Shown in pieces: positions 7,617 to 15,333 of a DNA stretch of 37,211 nt. A program made the translations under genes and the position numbers. Position 1 is the stretch's first letter, and every line of letters begins with the position of its first letter. The notes beneath the pieces were generated by a model. It saw only the letters and a program-made list of their open reading frames with translations, made no database searches and had not been told where the DNA came from. This DNA comes from a virus: IMG/VR virus record IMGVR_UViG_3300045988_151330, positions 1 to 37,211 of that record. One strand, written 5' to 3'.

Positions 7617-8192
7617 ATGAATTATATAGCCGAAATTAAAGCATTCTATGACCTGGTACAAGTAAAACAATTATCTCAAGGACAAATTGCTTTATGGCAC
7701 GCATTGATGCACATAAACAATAAGTGTGCTTGGATAGAATGGTTTTCAGTACCTAACATAACGCTAGAATTAAATACAGGCTTAAGTCGCAGTGGAATTG
7801 CAAAAGCAAGAAATGCACTTAAGCAGTATGGCTTAATAGATTTTAAACAAAATTCAACCAAAGCAACAACATATAAAATGTTCACTATGTTAAAAAGTGA
7901 GCAAGTTAGTAATCAAGTTGACAGCACTATGTCAAAAAGTAATCAAATTAGTAATCAAATTGGTGTGCAAGTTGGTAATCAAGTTAGTAAGCAAGATAGT
8001 AATCAAATTGGTGGAACATTAAATAAACGAAACGAAACTAATATCTATTCTATTTTATTAAAAAAAGCACGCGAGCAATTTGATACTAAAAATTTTCATG
8101 GAAAAACAAAAGCAGCAGTTTGGGCTAAAACTCAATCTGAATGGGAACAGCTAACTGAAGAAGAAAAGCTCAAATTTATAGCTGAACTATAA
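7617..8192 (+). CDS. Phage replisome organizer / DnaD-like replication initiation protein
   Basis: N-terminal domain typical of replisome-organizer proteins, followed by a repeat-containing linker (SNQV/SNQI/GNQV). Confidence 0.6.
   Translation: MNYIAEIKAFYDLVQVKQLSQGQIALWHALMHINNKCAWIEWFSVPNITLELNTGLSRSGIAKARNALKQYGLIDFKQNSTKATTYKMFTMLKSEQVSNQVDSTMSKSNQISNQIGVQVGNQVSKQDSNQIGGTLNKRNETNIYSILLKKAREQFDTKNFHGKTKAAVWAKTQSEWEQLTEEEKLKFIAEL
7915..8022 (+). repeat. Iteron-like array inside the replisome-organizer gene (putative ori)
   Basis: Five or six copies of AGTAATCAA(A/G)TTG at 7918-7929, 7948-7959, 7959-7970, 7984-7995 and 8008-8019, with a degenerate copy at 7996-8006. Confidence 0.45.
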
Positions 8193-8209
8193 AAAGGAGT
8201 GATATACAA

Positions 8210-8425
8210 ATGAAAAATCAGAAAACACAGGTTTTAGAATACATACAAAAACACGGAAGTATAAGCAGTTATGAAGCTTATGCTCACTTAGGCATAACTC
8301 AATTAGGTGCTAGAATAGACAACTTACAAAAAGACGGATATGTATTTGAAAAAGAATGGGTACGTAAAAGAAAAAATGGTAAGGTGAAAGATTATATTAA
8401 ATATAAACTTAGTGAGGTGAAATAA
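8210..8425 (+). CDS. Small winged-helix/HTH DNA-binding protein
   Basis: 71 aa. RBS AAAGGAGTG. Confidence 0.5.
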   Translation: MKNQKTQVLEYIQKHGSISSYEAYAHLGITQLGARIDNLQKDGYVFEKEWVRKRKNGKVKDYIKYKLSEVK

Positions 8426-8758
8426 GTGAAAATCGCAGGAAAAGAATATGAATTGCTTGAAGTTTATCCAGATAAAGTGAATGAACAAAAGGATTTAATG
8501 GTTTTTGAAACTAAATTTGGCTACAGAGAATGTTTTCACAGATATGATCTTCTGCACGAGCCAAAAAAGAAGAGAACAGAAGTGTATAAAAATTGGACTG
8601 ATAGCGACAGCAGGATAATCAAAGACTTCCTAAAAGAGGGTATGACACCACAAGAGATTTCTAGATATGATTTGTTTAATGGCAGAAGTGCCAAAGCTGT
8701 ATTAGAGTACGCTAAAAAAATAAGAAGAGGAATGGAGAAAACAAATGATAAACAGTAA
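8426..8758 (+). CDS. Hypothetical protein
   Basis: 110 aa. GTG start coupled to the upstream stop. Confidence 0.45.
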   Translation: MKIAGKEYELLEVYPDKVNEQKDLMVFETKFGYRECFHRYDLLHEPKKKRTEVYKNWTDSDSRIIKDFLKEGMTPQEISRYDLFNGRSAKAVLEYAKKIRRGMEKTNDKQ

Positions 8759-9119
8759 AAAGAAAGGAAGTAAAGGCGAATTAGAGTTAGCCAACAAATT
8801 AAAAAATGAATATGGCTTTAATTGCAGAAGAACACAGCAGTATTGTGGAAAAGTTGAAAACAGTGCTGATGTAATTGGCTTACCGTTTATACATATCGAG
8901 TGCAAGAGAGTTGAAAAATTAAATATTGACGATGCGTTAAATCAAGCCAAAAGAGATGCTAAAAATTACAGAATACCTTGTGTGTTTCACAGAAAAAATC
9001 GTACCAATTGGAAAGTAACAATGGATTTGAATGATTTTATGGTAATATACGGCGAGTATTACAGTTCGATGATTTTAGCAGGAAGAGAGGATAAAGACGA
9101 TGAACAGAGCAGAACGTAG
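8745..9119 (+). CDS. Putative Holliday-junction resolvase (Hjc-like PD-(D/E)XK nuclease)
   Basis: KKKGSKGELELANKL...G...RR...S.DVIG...IHIECKR matches the archaeal Hjc-type resolvase pattern. Confidence 0.55.
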   Translation: MINSKKKGSKGELELANKLKNEYGFNCRRTQQYCGKVENSADVIGLPFIHIECKRVEKLNIDDALNQAKRDAKNYRIPCVFHRKNRTNWKVTMDLNDFMVIYGEYYSSMILAGREDKDDEQSRT

Positions 9120-9405
9120 AAGATGTAACCATTTAGGTGTTAGCAACAAAATGATAATGGACAAGACTTTATCGGACGTTTATGAACAAGGAGTAAAAGA
9201 CGGTATGAAGTCTGTATCAAACATTGTATTTTATATGGCTGCATACACAATAAATTACAAACTTGGTTTTGGCAAAGAAAGGCTTCCGAAAATTATGAAA
9301 GAAATTTACAACAACATAGATGCATATAGAACTAAGCACTTAACGCCGAGTGATTATAACACTATAGTAAGTGAAATGAACAAGTTAGGAGTGTGTATAA
9401 AATAA
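9100..9405 (+). CDS. Hypothetical protein
   Basis: 101 aa. Same-strand operon context. Confidence 0.45.
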   Translation: MNRAERRRCNHLGVSNKMIMDKTLSDVYEQGVKDGMKSVSNIVFYMAAYTINYKLGFGKERLPKIMKEIYNNIDAYRTKHLTPSDYNTIVSEMNKLGVCIK

Positions 9406-9433
9406 TATCAAAAAAGAGATAGGAGGAAAAGAC

Positions 9434-9652
9434 ATGATATTTAATTTAATAATGAATTTTAATTTGTATCTAGGAATATTTTGTTTATATTTGGCAGTTG
9501 ATTGCATATGTGAAATATTCCATAGAGTACTAGCAAAAGAGGATTGTGCAGCAGAAGCTTTTTGGATAATGATGAGCTTTAGCTACTTAATTTCAGCAAG
9601 TATAGTAACAAGCATTAAATATTTGTTTTTGCTTGTAAAAGGAGGAATTTAG
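9434..9652 (+). CDS. Small hydrophobic membrane protein
   Basis: 72 aa with two hydrophobic helices. RBS GGAGGAAAAG. Confidence 0.35.
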   Translation: MIFNLIMNFNLYLGIFCLYLAVDCICEIFHRVLAKEDCAAEAFWIMMSFSYLISASIVTSIKYLFLLVKGGI

Positions 9653-9653
9653 A

Positions 9654-10163
9654 ATGAATAAATTAAAAGAATTAGAAAAGAAAATCGAAGAATTAAGTAA
9701 AGAGTTAGAAGAGTTAAAACTCGAACTAGATAAAGAAAAAATGAATAAGACAAAAATAAATACTAGATGGAGAGCAAATGATGGTGAAAAACATTATTTT
9801 ATTTATAGTGACGGAACTATTGATTGGAGTAAAGATACAAATGATGAAATTTCTGTAAAACGTTATGAATTAAGCAACTATTTTCAAACAGAAGAAGAAG
9901 CGGAGAAAACAGTCGAAAAGATTAAAATTTATACACAATTGAAAGATTTAGCTTTGAGATTGAACCACGGCAGAGAAATTGATTGGAGAAATTACAATCA
10001 ACTAAAGTATTCCATTTATTATGACAGTTTCTATAAAAATATATATACTATTTGTACTTATTATAGTAAAGAATTAGGTCGAATATGTTGCTTAGATAAG
10101 AACTTTTTAGACGTAGCCAAGCGAGAAATAGGAGAAAAAAATTTAAAGAAATTATTTGAGTAG
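9654..10163 (+). CDS. Hypothetical protein with an N-terminal coiled coil
   Basis: 169 aa. LKELEKKIEELSKELEELKLELDKEK. Confidence 0.5.
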   Translation: MNKLKELEKKIEELSKELEELKLELDKEKMNKTKINTRWRANDGEKHYFIYSDGTIDWSKDTNDEISVKRYELSNYFQTEEEAEKTVEKIKIYTQLKDLALRLNHGREIDWRNYNQLKYSIYYDSFYKNIYTICTYYSKELGRICCLDKNFLDVAKREIGEKNLKKLFE

Positions 10164-10312
10164 GTGAAAATATGGAACAATGGTTAGAAGAACAGGGATA
10201 TGTAATATGCCCACTTGCTCCAGAAACATATATTATTTGTTATGACAAATGTGAAGAGTGTGAATATTACATAGAATCTGAGCGAGCTTTAAAAGAGAGG
10301 AGTAAATAAGAT

Positions 10313-10513
10313 ATGAGTAATTGTAGTAAAAAATGTAATGAAATAAAAGAAAAGATACATAGTATAAGTGGACTAGACGACGATATAGTTTATAAGTGGT
10401 TACTAGCGCTTGAAAAGATTGTTGACGCAACGGTTACAATGATTGAAGATTATGCTGATTTAGATGAATTTAATGGAACTTGTTTTAAAAGGAGGGAAAT
10501 AAGATATGAATAA
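10313..10513 (+). CDS. Hypothetical small protein
   Basis: 66 aa. RBS GAGAGGAG. Confidence 0.35.
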   Translation: MSNCSKKCNEIKEKIHSISGLDDDIVYKWLLALEKIVDATVTMIEDYADLDEFNGTCFKRREIRYE

Positions 10514-10851
10514 AATAGATAAATTAAAAATATTTTTACAAGAAAATTATCCTAACGAACAAGCATTTAATACAAGAAATATAGGAGAGTGATACATAGT
10601 GAAAACGGCTGATGAGATGTTTGAAGAGTTGGGATATAAACAGTTAGAAGACAAATACAATATAGATTATATCAAAATGTATAGTTTTATAATGGAGATA
10701 GAGTAAGAGAACAAATAAGATTTTGCAAATTAGACAAGTATGTTCATATTGAAAATTTTAATTATGATACTGGAGTCATATTTGGAAAATTTTTAGATGT
10801 GTAAGAACTACAAGCAATAAATAAGAAAGTACAAGAATTGGGGTGGATATA

Positions 10852-11214
10852 ATGAAAGAAAAAGTAGCGGATAAAAATACAAAGAATAAAGTTTATTGTG
10901 TACAAGGCGACCCAGATTATGGCTGTATATATATTGCAGCTAAAACAAGTAAAGAAGCTAAAATAATAGCTATGGGAAAATGGGTAGCTGAATGTTTAGA
11001 TAATCCATTTGTAGAATTAAGAGTTAAAAGAAGCTGGAATGTAAAGGAAACAGAATATGAAGGAGAATTAAATATATCACAGATTAACGAATTAGGATTA
11101 ACTTGGTGGGATTGTCCTAATTGCCATAAAGAAGAATTTGAAATTTTAAATGGAAACGAATATCAATGTAAAAATTGTAAACATATAGAAAAAATACCAT
11201 ATGTTAATAGCTAG
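10852..11214 (+). CDS. Hypothetical protein with a C-terminal zinc ribbon
   Basis: CPNC...CKNC. Start moved to the ATG at 10852 behind GGGGTGGA. Confidence 0.5.
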   Translation: MKEKVADKNTKNKVYCVQGDPDYGCIYIAAKTSKEAKIIAMGKWVAECLDNPFVELRVKRSWNVKETEYEGELNISQINELGLTWWDCPNCHKEEFEILNGNEYQCKNCKHIEKIPYVNS

Positions 11215-11226
11215 GAGGTGTTTTAA

Positions 11227-11625
11227 GTGAAAGAAAATGATAAGATAGATAAATTTAATGGTTTTAGTTATACAGAAACAGTAATAAGAGAAATAGCAAA
11301 TAAAGATGATGAATACACAAAACAAGTTATAAAAGATTATTTCACAAAAAGATATCCAAAAGAAAATTTAAGATTTGATTTTTTAGACAAAGAAATAGTT
11401 GATGAAGTCATAAAATTGGGGATGGCAGAATATAAAAGAAGAAAAGTAATGGCACCAAAGGCAGAGCAAATAATCTATGAAAATTATATTCCAGTTCAAA
11501 AAATAAAAGATAAGATAGAGAAATTAAAAGAAAAAGGAGAAAGTGACTTTAGGTCTTATGGATTTGCAGTAGAGACACATTTAGCATTGCAAATTTTACA
11601 AGAGCTACTAGAAAGCGAGGAGTGA
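11227..11625 (+). CDS. Hypothetical protein (paralogous segment IPVQKIKDKIE shared with the next gene)
   Basis: 132 aa. GTG start behind AGGAGGTG. Confidence 0.5.
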   Translation: MKENDKIDKFNGFSYTETVIREIANKDDEYTKQVIKDYFTKRYPKENLRFDFLDKEIVDEVIKLGMAEYKRRKVMAPKAEQIIYENYIPVQKIKDKIEKLKEKGESDFRSYGFAVETHLALQILQELLESEE

Positions 11626-11628
11626 GTT

Positions 11629-11964
11629 ATGAACGAGGAAGAAAAGAAAGCAGTTGAAATATTAAATACATTTGAGTTAAGAAGAAAGACAAAAAATTAT
11701 AAAGAAATATCATTAGAAGATTCACAAAGTGTAGAAATAGTATTAAATCTAATAGAAAAACTACAAAAAGAGAATGAAGTAAACGCTAAATTTATTCCAG
11801 TTCAAAAAATAAAAGACAAGATAGAAGAATTAGACATAGCAATATTAGAATGTGAATATTCAGACGATGACGATGAACTGTATAAAAAAGCAGTTAAAGA
11901 AGACAAGGTATGCTTATTGAATCAGAAAAGAGTTTTAAAAGAATTATTAAAGGAGGAAAAATAA
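11629..11964 (+). CDS. Hypothetical protein (shares a 33-bp repeat with the previous gene)
   Basis: 111 aa. Confidence 0.5.
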   Translation: MNEEEKKAVEILNTFELRRKTKNYKEISLEDSQSVEIVLNLIEKLQKENEVNAKFIPVQKIKDKIEELDIAILECEYSDDDDELYKKAVKEDKVCLLNQKRVLKELLKEEK

Positions 11965-11965
11965 T

Positions 11966-12607
11966 ATGTTAGTAGAATATCATAAAATCAAAGCTTTGTT
12001 TGAAAGAGATGAACAAACTAAAAAGACTGTGGAAGGTAGATATGGAAGTGAGGCGGTACAGTATTTAGCAAATAATCTTTGGCAATTCACAGAAAAAATA
12101 AATGGAGTAAATATAAGAATATATTGGGATGGACATAGAGTAAATTTTTATGGAAGAACTGATATTACTGAGATACCCACAACCTTAGTGAATAGGTTAT
12201 CAAATTTATTTTTAGGTGAGGCTAATGAACAGTTATTTGAACAAAAATTTGGAGAAACAGAAGTTATACTTTTCGGTGAAGGCTATGGTGAAAAAATACA
12301 AAGTGGTGGAGCTTACAGAAATGGACAAGATTTTATATTATTTGACGTAATGATTGATGGAAAATATCAGCAAAGAGAAGATGTAGAAGATATTGCAAAA
12401 TACTTTGGTATAGATACGGTACCAATAATATTTGAAGGCACATTACAAGAGGCAGTTGATTATGTGAAAACAAAGCCAAAGTCTAAAATAGGTACAGCTG
12501 ACAGTGAGGGGTTAGTTGGTAGACCAAAAGTGGAACTTTTAGACAGAAATGGAGAAAGGGTAATTACTAAAATTAAAGTTAGAGATTTTAAAAATGTAGT
12601 TAAATAA
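11966..12607 (+). CDS. RNA ligase family protein (Rnl2-like nucleotidyltransferase)
   Basis: 213 aa. Motif I KINGVN (compare T4 Rnl2 KIHGTN). Later FGEGYGEKIQ and LVGRPK motifs are consistent with the covalent-nucleotidyltransferase fold. Confidence 0.6.
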   Translation: MLVEYHKIKALFERDEQTKKTVEGRYGSEAVQYLANNLWQFTEKINGVNIRIYWDGHRVNFYGRTDITEIPTTLVNRLSNLFLGEANEQLFEQKFGETEVILFGEGYGEKIQSGGAYRNGQDFILFDVMIDGKYQQREDVEDIAKYFGIDTVPIIFEGTLQEAVDYVKTKPKSKIGTADSEGLVGRPKVELLDRNGERVITKIKVRDFKNVVK

Positions 12608-12676
12608 TATTTATCATTTTGTGCCTTGTAATCAATAATAAAATGGAAAATCAAGTTTTACGAAAGAAGGTGTAAT

Positions 12677-13093
12677 ATGACAGCTAAGGAAGAATTATTA
12701 CAATATAAATATGCAAGAGAAAAGGTTGAAGAAACTTTAGAAGAATATCAGAAATATAAAACAAGAGCCGAAAAGATGACATCAATAATATCAGATATGC
12801 CACGAGGGACAAGCAATTCTGATAAAGTGGCAGACAATGCGATTAAAATGGCTGATTTATCTGTAGAATACGAAAAAAGATGGCTGGAAGCTGAAAATAA
12901 GAAACTGGAAATAGAAAAGAATATAGACTTAATAGAAGAACCGTATAGAACTTTATTACATAAAAGATATGTGCAAGGACTAAATTTTGAAAAAATTGCT
13001 GATGAAATGGGATATTCCTATGTTAGAATTACACATTTACACGGAGAGGCTTTAATTGAATATGATAAGTTGACAACTCATGACAAGACATGA
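12677..13093 (+). CDS. ArpU-family late transcriptional regulator (sigma-70 region-4-like)
   Basis: 138 aa. C-terminal YRTLLHKRYVQGLNFEKIADEMGYSYVRITHLHGEAL. Sits directly upstream of the packaging genes. Confidence 0.6.
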   Translation: MTAKEELLQYKYAREKVEETLEEYQKYKTRAEKMTSIISDMPRGTSNSDKVADNAIKMADLSVEYEKRWLEAENKKLEIEKNIDLIEEPYRTLLHKRYVQGLNFEKIADEMGYSYVRITHLHGEALIEYDKLTTHDKT

Positions 13094-13150
13094 CAAGTTT
13101 GAATGTGATAATATGAGAGCATGAAATAATAATAAAATCCTTTTATTAGA

Positions 13151-13186
13151 AGAGATTATCAGAGCAGGGGTAATCTCTTTTTTTAT
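13151..13186 (+). terminator. Rho-independent terminator after the ArpU gene
   Basis: AGAGATTA-12 nt loop-TAATCTCT followed by TTTTTTT. Confidence 0.55.
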
Positions 13187-13299
13187 TTCAAAAGAGAGCT
13201 GATACAAATGAAAAAATATGATTTTATGTATTGCATGAAACATGATTGTAAGTTTTGCAAAAAACAAATTGAATGTGAAAGAAAGGAGGAAACTAGGAC

Positions 13300-13758
13300 A
13301 TGGAAAAAGAAAAAAATAAAAGTGGAGCACCTACTAAATATAAAAAAGAATATTGTAAGAAAATAGTAGAATACTTCAGAATACCTCCTACCAGAACAGA
13401 ATATAAAGAAGAATATTTCAATGATGGTAGTTTAAGAAGTAAAGTGCCAGTTATAATTGCAAATGAGTTTCCTACTTTTCAAGGTTTTGCTGATACTATA
13501 GGAGTTCACTATGACACATTAAAAGAATGGTGCGAAGTTCATGAAGAATTTTCCGAGGCTTATACGCGTGCGAAGAGGCTACAAGAGAAAATATGGCTGC
13601 AAAATGCTATGAGTGGACTATACAATGCGCAATTTGCACAATTTTTTGGCAAGAATTGCTTAGGATATAGAGATAAACAAGAGATAGAGCAATCAGGAGA
13701 GCTTAATAATACAATCACGGTTAAATTGGCAGGTGATATAGGAGAATGGGGCAAGTAG
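13300..13758 (+). CDS. terS: Terminase small subunit
   Basis: 152 aa with an N-terminal HTH-like region. Overlaps the TerL start by 13 nt. Confidence 0.6.
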   Translation: MEKEKNKSGAPTKYKKEYCKKIVEYFRIPPTRTEYKEEYFNDGSLRSKVPVIIANEFPTFQGFADTIGVHYDTLKEWCEVHEEFSEAYTRAKRLQEKIWLQNAMSGLYNAQFAQFFGKNCLGYRDKQEIEQSGELNNTITVKLAGDIGEWGK

Positions 13759-15131
13759 AACTACAAATAGATAAACCTTATCCGAAGCAAATAGAATTTT
13801 TTAAGGCTGCCAATAAGTATATAGCTTATGGTGGAGCAAGGGGCGGTGGAAAGAGCTGGAGCGCTAGAATAAAAGTTGTTTTATTAGCTTTAAATTATCC
13901 TGGCATACAAATACTATTACTTAGAAGAACTTTAAAAGATTTGAGAGACAATCATGTAATACCTTTGCAAAAACTCTTAAAAACGGAAACTAAAGACAAA
14001 ATAGCTACATATAAATCGCAAGAAAAAGAATTTTTATTCCCAAATGGCAGTAGAGTTGTATTAGGATACTGTGCTAATGAAGGAGACGTTCTTCAATATC
14101 AAGGTCAGGCGTACGATGTGATATTTATGGAAGAAGCAACACAATTTACAGAGTTTCAATTTCAAGCATTAACAGAGTCAAATAGAAGTTCTGGGCTTTG
14201 CAAAATATCATTTAGTCCAAGAATGTATTTTACATGTAATCCTGGTGGAGTCGGACATATGTGGTTTAAACGTTTATTTATTGATAGAGAATATAGACAA
14301 TCTGAAAGACCAGAAGATTATATATTTATTCAATCATTAGTATATGAAAATGAATACTTGATGAAAAACGACCCAAACTATGTAAGAACACTTGAAAATT
14401 TGCCGGATGATAGAAAAAAAGCTATGTTGTATGGCGATTGGGACATATTCGAAGGACAATATTTTAATGAGTTTAGTAGAAAAATACATGTTATAGAACA
14501 GCCATTTATAATACCTAAACATTGGAAAAAATATATAGCAATGGATTATGGATTAGATATGCTTGCTGTTTTGTGGATAGCAAGGGACACAGAGGGAAAT
14601 GCTTATGCATATAAAGAGTTGCATGAAAGCAATTTGATTGTATCAGAAGCGTGCAAAAAGATAAAAGAAATAAATAACAATGAAGAATATGAATGTATCT
14701 ATGCTCCACGTGATTTATGGAATAGACGTCAAGAAACAGGTAAAAGTGTGGCAGATATATTTTATGAAAATGGAATACTACTTACAAAAACAAGTGTAGA
14801 TAGAGTTGATGGATGGTTTGCTACAAAAGAGTGGTTAAAAGTAATAGAAAAAAGAGATATAGAAACAGGGGAGCTAATAAAAACAAGTAAGTTAAAAATA
14901 TTTAGAAATTGTTTTAATTTGATAAAAAACTTACCTCAGGTTCAAATAGATGAGAAAAATCCGAACGATGTGGCAACAGAGCCACACGAACCTACTCATA
15001 TATGTGATGCCTTGAGGTATTTTTGTGTGAATTTCACCAATAATGCAGAAGAAGAAAAGACGGCAGAAGAGCTGGAATATGAGGAAAAACAGTATATCGA
15101 AAGACAGAGTTATATTAACTATGGAGTGTGA
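13746..15131 (+). CDS. terL: Terminase large subunit
   Basis: Walker A YGGARGGGKSW. ATPase plus C-terminal nuclease layout. 461 aa. Confidence 0.9.
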   Translation: MGQVELQIDKPYPKQIEFFKAANKYIAYGGARGGGKSWSARIKVVLLALNYPGIQILLLRRTLKDLRDNHVIPLQKLLKTETKDKIATYKSQEKEFLFPNGSRVVLGYCANEGDVLQYQGQAYDVIFMEEATQFTEFQFQALTESNRSSGLCKISFSPRMYFTCNPGGVGHMWFKRLFIDREYRQSERPEDYIFIQSLVYENEYLMKNDPNYVRTLENLPDDRKKAMLYGDWDIFEGQYFNEFSRKIHVIEQPFIIPKHWKKYIAMDYGLDMLAVLWIARDTEGNAYAYKELHESNLIVSEACKKIKEINNNEEYECIYAPRDLWNRRQETGKSVADIFYENGILLTKTSVDRVDGWFATKEWLKVIEKRDIETGELIKTSKLKIFRNCFNLIKNLPQVQIDEKNPNDVATEPHEPTHICDALRYFCVNFTNNAEEEKTAEELEYEEKQYIERQSYINYGV

Positions 15132-15135
15132 TTTT

Positions 15136-15333
15136 ATGATATGTATTACGATTTTAATATTAGGTCTTTGTTTCATTTTTAAAGATGAAATAAAGACTTT
15201 TTTAATGCCTAAAAAAGAAATTGAAATAACAGAAGAAGAAAAAGAAAGAGCTAAAAAGATGAAAGAACAATTCGAAGAGATGATGAATTATTCAATAGAC
15301 AAAGCGATTCAAAGCAAGCGAGGTGATAGATAG
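15136..15333 (+). CDS. Small membrane protein between terL and portal
   Basis: 65 aa. N-terminal TM segment ICITILILGLCFIF. Confidence 0.35.
   Translation: MICITILILGLCFIFKDEIKTFLMPKKEIEITEEEKERAKKMKEQFEEMMNYSIDKAIQSKRGDR

Noticed and set aside
7676-7885. Minus-strand ORF inside the replisome-organizer gene
   Set aside because: Antisense to a gene with a clear domain and iterons. No RBS.
7915-8022. Short direct repeats considered as a possible CRISPR array
   Set aside because: Repeats are only 12 nt with 0-18-nt spacing, they are in-frame coding repeats of a replication initiator, and no cas genes or leader are present. They are iterons, not CRISPR.
12460-13330. Minus-strand ORFs 12460-12654 and 13052-13330
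   Set aside because: Antisense to the RNA ligase, ArpU and terS regions. Hydrophobic low-complexity translations.
13208-13366. 52-aa Cys-rich ORF (MKKYDFMYCMKHDCKFCKKQIECERKEE…) upstream of and overlapping terS
   Set aside because: It overlaps the terS start out of frame and has no clear RBS. It might be a real zinc-ribbon micro-protein, but the evidence is too thin. The region may instead hold a late promoter or pac/cos site.
15043-15333. 96-aa ORF starting inside terL (15043)
   Set aside because: The first 31 codons overlap terL out of frame. A shorter form starting at the ATG at 15136, after the terL stop and with a GGAGTG RBS, is retained as a small membrane protein.
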